Made by a program: the position numbers and the translations under genes. A stretch of DNA of 64,000 bases from assembly GCA_965229605.1 (NCBI GenBank), contig OZ245892.1, positions 446 to 64,445 on the forward strand, written 5' to 3'. The notes under the pieces are model-generated. The model was not told the origin of the DNA, ran no database searches, and saw only the letters and a program-made list of their open reading frames with translations. This document shows, in pieces, positions 59,432 through 64,000 of the stretch (position 1 is the stretch's first letter; the number at the start of each line of letters is the position of its first letter). This DNA comes from Alphaproteobacteria bacterium. Lineage in GTDB: Bacteria; Pseudomonadota; Alphaproteobacteria; CBDDJK01.

Positions 59432-60733
59432 ATGATGCAGGTTGATGAAACCCATGACCCGGATCGCAAAAGCTGGATTGATTCAGCCAATGGGCCAGAA
59501 CAGGATTTTCCCATCCAAAACCTGCCCTATGGGGTTTTTTCAACAGCACAACAGCTAAAACCACGGGTGGGCGTTGCGATAGGGGATTTTATCCTTTGCC
59601 TTTCCACCATTGCCAGGGCCGGGCTGTTAGAGGTTTCGGGCGATATATTTGATCAGCCCGGGCTTAATCAATTTATGGCATTGGGGCCAGAACACTGGGC
59701 GCGCACAAGAAAAACCCTGTCCAGCCTGCTTGAAAAAGACAATCAAAGTCTGCGTGATCAGGGGGAGTTACGCGCCCACTCCTTGATTCCGCAACAAGAG
59801 GCCATACTGCATCTGCCGTTCAAGGTGGAAGGCTATACGGATTTCTATGCCTCCCGCGAACATGCAACCAATGTTGGCAGCATGTTCCGGGGGCCGGACA
59901 ATGCCCTGATGCCAAACTGGCTTCATCTGCCAGTTGGCTATAATGGGCGGGCCAGCACAGTTGTCGCAAGCGGCACCGACATTCACCGCCCATGGGGCCA
60001 GATCAAGCCACCGGATTCGGAAGCTCCTGTCTTTGCCCCCAGCCGAAAACTTGACTTTGAGCTGGAAATGGGGGCGGTTGTTGGCACCTCTAGCGATCTT
60101 GGAGCGCAAATTTCAGTCGCCGAAGCTGACAAGATGATTTTCGGCTTTGTTTTATTGAATGACTGGAGTGCGCGCGATATTCAGGTCTGGGAATATCAGC
60201 CTCTGGGTCCTTTTCAGGCAAAAGCCTTTGCCACCACGATATCGCCCTGGGTTGTAACGCAAGCCGCGCTGGCGCCTTTTCGCCTGCAAGGACCGAAACA
60301 GGACCCATCGCCCCTTAGCTATTTGCAGCAGGGAACAGGCTACAATTATGATATTCATCTTGCGGTGACCATGCAGACACAAGACAATCCCACCGAAACC
60401 TGTGTCAGCCGGACAAATTTCAAAACAATGTATTGGTCAAGCGCACAGCAACTGGCCCATCATGCCAGCAGTGGCTGCAAGATGTGCACTGGTGATCTTC
60501 TGGGCTCTGGCACGATAAGCGGCCCCACAAAAGAATCATATGGCAGCCTTCTGGAGTTGACCTGGAATGGCCGGGACCCTTTGACATTGGCAGGGGAGGA
60601 GACTCGCTGCTTTATTGAAGACGGCGATCAGGTGACGCTGCATGGCTGGTGCCAGGGAGAAAGCCATCGAATTGGCTTTGGTCAGGCAAGCGGGCGTATT
60701 CTTCCTGCACTCAAGCACGAAAAGCTGGCTTGA
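59432..60733 (+). CDS. fahA: Fumarylacetoacetase
   Basis: 433 aa. SWIDSANGPEQDFPIQNLPYGVFS, DFYASREHATNVG, FELEMG and LNDWSARDIQ. Confidence 0.85.
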   Translation: MMQVDETHDPDRKSWIDSANGPEQDFPIQNLPYGVFSTAQQLKPRVGVAIGDFILCLSTIARAGLLEVSGDIFDQPGLNQFMALGPEHWARTRKTLSSLLEKDNQSLRDQGELRAHSLIPQQEAILHLPFKVEGYTDFYASREHATNVGSMFRGPDNALMPNWLHLPVGYNGRASTVVASGTDIHRPWGQIKPPDSEAPVFAPSRKLDFELEMGAVVGTSSDLGAQISVAEADKMIFGFVLLNDWSARDIQVWEYQPLGPFQAKAFATTISPWVVTQAALAPFRLQGPKQDPSPLSYLQQGTGYNYDIHLAVTMQTQDNPTETCVSRTNFKTMYWSSAQQLAHHASSGCKMCTGDLLGSGTISGPTKESYGSLLELTWNGRDPLTLAGEETRCFIEDGDQVTLHGWCQGESHRIGFGQASGRILPALKHEKLA

Positions 60734-60820
60734 CCAACCTGCCAAACCTTGTCACATATCCGATAAATTTTCACGCAACGCCCTCTGATCTCTTTTACGT
60801 CAGAAGCAGGAGAAAAACGC

Positions 60821-61981
60821 ATGAGCAATCGCTATTTATTTACCAGTGAATCGGTTTCGGAAGGGCATCCGGACAAATTATGCGACCGGGTAAGTGATGA
60901 AATTGTTGATCTTTTGCTGGATCGCGATCCTTTTGCCAGAGTTGCGGTTGAGACCTTGTCAACGACCAACCGGCTGATTTTGGCTGGAGAAATCCGCTGT
61001 GCCGAGGAGGTATCGACCGACCTTATTCTGGAGCGCGCACGCGATGCGGTAAAGGATATAGGCTATGAGCAGGATGGTTTCCACTGGAAAGAATTGACGG
61101 CAGATTGTTATATCCACGGCCAGTCAGAGGAAATTGCGATGGGGGTTGATGCTTCCCATAATAAAGATGAAGGGGCTGGCGATCAGGGGTTGATGTTTGG
61201 CTATGCCTGCAAGGAGACCGATGCGCTGATGCCAGCCCCGATTTATTATGCGCATTTGATTTTGCGGCGGTTGTCGGAGTTTCGCCGCAGTGACAAGACC
61301 AGCGGGCTTGGGCCGGATGCCAAGAGCCAGGTCACGTTATTGTATGAGGATGGAAAGCCGGTCAAGGCGACATCGATTGTGGTTTCCACGCAGCATGATC
61401 CGGGGCTTGGTCAAAAGCAGGTGCGCGCCTTGGTTGAGCCGATTGTTGTTGATGCCTTGCCCAAAGGCTGGATGTGCGAGGACGAACATTTCTATACCAA
61501 TCCAACGGGCCGCTTTGTCAAAGGTGGGCCGGATGGCGATTGTGGATTAACGGGGCGCAAGATTATTGTCGACACCTATGGCGGCGCAGCCCCGCACGGA
61601 GGCGGCGCTTTTTCAGGAAAAGACCCGACCAAGGTGGATCGGTCTGCAGCCTATGCGGCGCGTTATCTGGCTAAAAATATTGTCCATGCCGGACTGGCGG
61701 ATCGCTGTACGATCCAGCTGGCCTATGCGATTGGCGTGTCAAAGCCGCTGGCGATTTATGTGAATACCTATGGGACTGGCAAAAAGTCTGATGAGCAGCT
61801 GATCAAGGCGATTGAGGCCACAACGGATCTCAGCCCGCGGGGCATTCGCGAGATGTTGAACCTTAATCGTCCGATTTATGCCCGCACGGCGGCTTATGGC
61901 CATTTTGGACGTGAGCCTACGCCAGAGGGCCATTTTTCGTGGGAGCAGCTTGATCTTGGTGAAAAGCTGCGGGCGGCCTAG
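60821..61981 (+). CDS. metK: S-adenosylmethionine synthetase
   Basis: [30 protein letters not shown] and [16 protein letters not shown]. The TAG stop is supplied by the first bases of the adjacent repeat element. Confidence 0.95.
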   Translation: MSNRYLFTSESVSEGHPDKLCDRVSDEIVDLLLDRDPFARVAVETLSTTNRLILAGEIRCAEEVSTDLILERARDAVKDIGYEQDGFHWKELTADCYIHGQSEEIAMGVDASHNKDEGAGDQGLMFGYACKETDALMPAPIYYAHLILRRLSEFRRSDKTSGLGPDAKSQVTLLYEDGKPVKATSIVVSTQHDPGLGQKQVRALVEPIVVDALPKGWMCEDEHFYTNPTGRFVKGGPDGDCGLTGRKIIVDTYGGAAPHGGGAFSGKDPTKVDRSAAYAARYLAKNIVHAGLADRCTIQLAYAIGVSKPLAIYVNTYGTGKKSDEQLIKAIEATTDLSPRGIREMLNLNRPIYARTAAYGHFGREPTPEGHFSWEQLDLGEKLRAA

Positions 61982-62254
61982 GGTCAGGACCCATAAAATT
62001 CATCCATTCTGTTGGTCAAGAAAGGTAAAGATACAATGAAAACAAGCGAAAGCATAGTCTTAGCTACGGTGAGCTTGTTTGAAGCCGTAGATTTGCCTTT
62101 ATTGACCAACCTTGTAAAGGCGCGGCAAATTTTTGTATCTGAACTTTCAAACCGCTTGCAATTAGCGATGGCTAGTCGCTGCGCGCTTTTCAAGCCCATC
62201 TATCAAAAATTTGACACGCGCAGAATGAATGAATCTTATGGGTCCTGACCCTAA
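61979..62254. mobile_element. 276-bp MITE-like non-autonomous element with ~33-bp terminal inverted repeats, flanked by TA
   Basis: The left end is TAGGGTCAGGACCCATAAAATTCATCCATTCTG (61979-62011). The reverse complement of the right end (62221-62254) is TTAGGGTCAGGACCCATAAGATTCATTCATTCTG. An internal second inverted repeat pairs 62012-62025 with 62094-62107. I see no credible coding capacity. Confidence 0.65.
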
Positions 62255-62299
62255 CATCTGTTGATATGATGGCAATCTGATCAGGGAGGAGTTAAGCTG

Positions 62300-63064
62300 A
62301 TGCGTCCAAATCCAATTCGTGACCTATGGGGTCAGGGCAAGGTGATTTTGAACAGCTGGCTGGCGATTCCCAATGGGTTTTCGGCTGAATTGATGGCGCG
62401 GCAGGGCTGGGACACGATCACGATTGATATGCAGCACGGGATGGTTGATTATCAGTCGGTGCTGCCGATGCTGATTTCGATTTCCACCACGGATGTTGCA
62501 CCGATGGTTCGGGTTCCGTGGAATGAGCCGAGTATTATTATGAAGGTCCTTGATTCCGGGGCCTATGGGATCATTGCGCCAATGGTGAATACGGTTGAGG
62601 AGGCCGAGGCTCTGGCGAGTGCAGCGCATTATCCCCCTAAAGGGCGGCGGTCGTTTGGGCCCACCCGTGCGGTGCATTATGCGGGGGCGGACTATGCCAG
62701 CAAGGCCAATGATGTCATTGTTGTTTTTGCCATGATTGAAACCCGTGAAGGCCTGGATAATCTGGAGGAGATATTAAAGGTTCCGGGCATTGATGCGATT
62801 TATGTCGGGCCATCGGATTTATCGCTGTCTTTGGGGTGCCAGGCCAAACTTGATGGTCTGGACAAGGAGGCCGCCGAAGCGGTTGAACATATTCGCGTTA
62901 AAACGCAGGAGAGCGGGAAATTTATTGGCATTCACACGGGTAGCACGCAAGGGGCTCTGGTGCGGGTTGAAGAGGGATTTAATCTTGTGACGGTTGGCTC
63001 GGACGTTCGTTTTATTCTGGCTGGCGCGCAAGAGGCTGTGAAAACCATGCGCCAGGTTTTATGA
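62300..63064 (+). CDS. HpcH/HpaI-family aldolase
   Basis: 254 aa. GWDTITIDMQHG, MVRVPWNEP, MIETREGL and IYVGPSDLS. Confidence 0.8.
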   Translation: MRPNPIRDLWGQGKVILNSWLAIPNGFSAELMARQGWDTITIDMQHGMVDYQSVLPMLISISTTDVAPMVRVPWNEPSIIMKVLDSGAYGIIAPMVNTVEEAEALASAAHYPPKGRRSFGPTRAVHYAGADYASKANDVIVVFAMIETREGLDNLEEILKVPGIDAIYVGPSDLSLSLGCQAKLDGLDKEAAEAVEHIRVKTQESGKFIGIHTGSTQGALVRVEEGFNLVTVGSDVRFILAGAQEAVKTMRQVL

Positions 63065-63085
63065 TGATCTTTATGCCGTCTTTTC

Positions 63086-63116
63086 TTGACATTTCACAGC
63101 CTGTGATGAAGATATG
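63086..63116 (+). promoter_or_regulatory. Candidate promoter (TTGACA) with an overlapping 13-bp palindrome TCACAGcCTGTGA, upstream of the betaine-binding protein gene
   Basis: TTGACA lies at 63086-63091 and the perfect inverted repeat at 63094-63106. A GATATG-like -10 lies near 63111. Confidence 0.3.
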
Positions 63117-63162
63117 GGAATGAAAATAATTTCATCCACGATCTATTATTGAGGAGGATATA

Positions 63163-64000
63163 ATGATCAGAAATAAATTCACGATAAGCCATATTCTTGC
63201 TGCCAGTGCTTTTGCAGGAGCCGTTTTTTTCAGCACAGCCGGGACATATTCGGCGCAGGCTGGCAGTCATTGCACAGAAATCAGCTTTTCGGATGTTGGC
63301 TGGACCGATATTACCGCCACCACCGCCACAACAACGGTTATTCTGGATGCGCTGGGCTATGAAACCGATATCAAGGTGCTGTCGGTTCCGGTGACCTATA
63401 CGTCCATGGCCAATGGCGATATTGATGTTTTCCTTGGCAACTGGATGCCGACCATGGAAGGCGATATTGCGCCTTATCGTGAAGCTGGCACGGTGGACAC
63501 GGTGCGTGAAAATCTTGAAGGCGCAAAATATACGCTGGCGGTCAATCAGGCTGCTGCCGATCTCGGCATTGCCGATTTTGCTGATATTGCCAGCCAGCAG
63601 GATGCGCTTGATGGCAAAATCTATGGCATCGAGGCCGGAAATGACGGCAATCGTCTGATCCTTGATATGATCAAGGATAATGCTTTCGGGCTAAAAGACT
63701 TTGAACTGGTTGAAAGCTCGGAACAAGGCATGCTGGCGCAAGTCGCCCGCGCCAATAAACGCGATATGCCGGTTGTCTTTCTGGGCTGGGAACCCCATCC
63801 GATGAATGCCAATTTCTCAATGCATTATCTGACAGGCGGCGATGACTGGTTTGGTCCTGATCTTGGCGGGGCCACTGTCTATACCAACACCCGTGCGGGC
63901 TTTTCAGCCGACTGCCCGAATGTCGGGAAGCTCTTGTCCAACCTCAAATTCTCGCTGGCGATGGAAAATGAAATCATGGCCGCAATCCTGGACGATGGCG
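63163..64000 (+). CDS. Glycine betaine/choline ABC transporter substrate-binding protein (ProX/OpuAC family); runs off the right edge
   Basis: Absent from the ORF track because there is no stop. GAGGAGG lies 5 nt upstream of the ATG at 63163. My translation gives MIRNKFTISHILAASAFAGAVFFSTAGTYSAQAG...SFSDVGWTDITATTA...GDIDVFLGNWMPT...IYGIEAGNDGN. Confidence 0.75.
   Translation, partial: MIRNKFTISHILAASAFAGAVFFSTAGTYSAQAGSHCTEISFSDVGWTDITATTATTTVILDALGYETDIKVLSVPVTYTSMANGDIDVFLGNWMPTMEGDIAPYREAGTVDTVRENLEGAKYTLAVNQAAADLGIADFADIASQQDALDGKIYGIEAGNDGNRLILDMIKDNAFGLKDFELVESSEQGMLAQVARANKRDMPVVFLGWEPHPMNANFSMHYLTGGDDWFGPDLGGATVYTNTRAGFSADCPNVGKLLSNLKFSLAMENEIMAAILDDG

Noticed and set aside
61984-62248. 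ORFs of 71 aa (minus) and 78 aa (plus) inside the MITE-like element.
   Set aside because: Both lie entirely within the inverted-repeat element and lack an SD and any family resemblance. ORFs on both strands of a structured repeat are expected by chance.
1-64000. A search for prophage, integrative-element or defence-island signatures (integrase, transposase, tRNA attachment site, restriction/toxin genes, CRISPR-Cas).
   Set aside because: None was found by reading the ORF translations. Apart from the small repeat elements, the window is housekeeping and uptake or catabolic genes.

Overview
This window reads as a core chromosomal segment of an alphaproteobacterium. The indicators are a split PntAA/PntAB/PntB transhydrogenase, a long-linker LexA, a spc/alpha ribosomal cluster lacking rpsD and rpmJ, soxBD, and TRAP plus Liv-type uptake genes. 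GC content looks moderate but was not computed. About 70 protein genes are supportable: bamA (partial), acpS, purM, fabF-acpP, amtB, pntAA-AB-B, pyrC, rplN through rplQ with secY, adk and rpoA, rsmE, soxBD, rimM-trmD-rplS, a biotin carboxylase, purSQL, a Liv-type ABC system, a TRAP system, fahA, metK and a partial proX-like gene. I found no tRNA, rRNA, CRISPR, integrase or transposase. The best candidate for an undescribed system is a tight five-gene envelope operon at 3487-7137. It encodes an exported protein, a small MotA/ExbB-like membrane protein, an anchored Pro/Glu-rich protein with an ExbD/TolR-like P-x-x-D transmembrane motif, a TonB/TolA-like proline-rich anchored protein with an unknown C-terminal domain, and a lipoprotein. 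Other oddities are four AT-hook repeats fused to the C-terminus of PntAA and repeat-built extensions at the rpsE/rpmD junction that give a roughly 160-aa L30. There is also a 276-bp MITE-like element with about 33-bp inverted ends, related short palindromes (TAGGGTCAGGACCCTA) scattered in intergenic regions, and tandem duplications spanning stop codons. All functional calls rest on motif recognition by eye; no database search was run.
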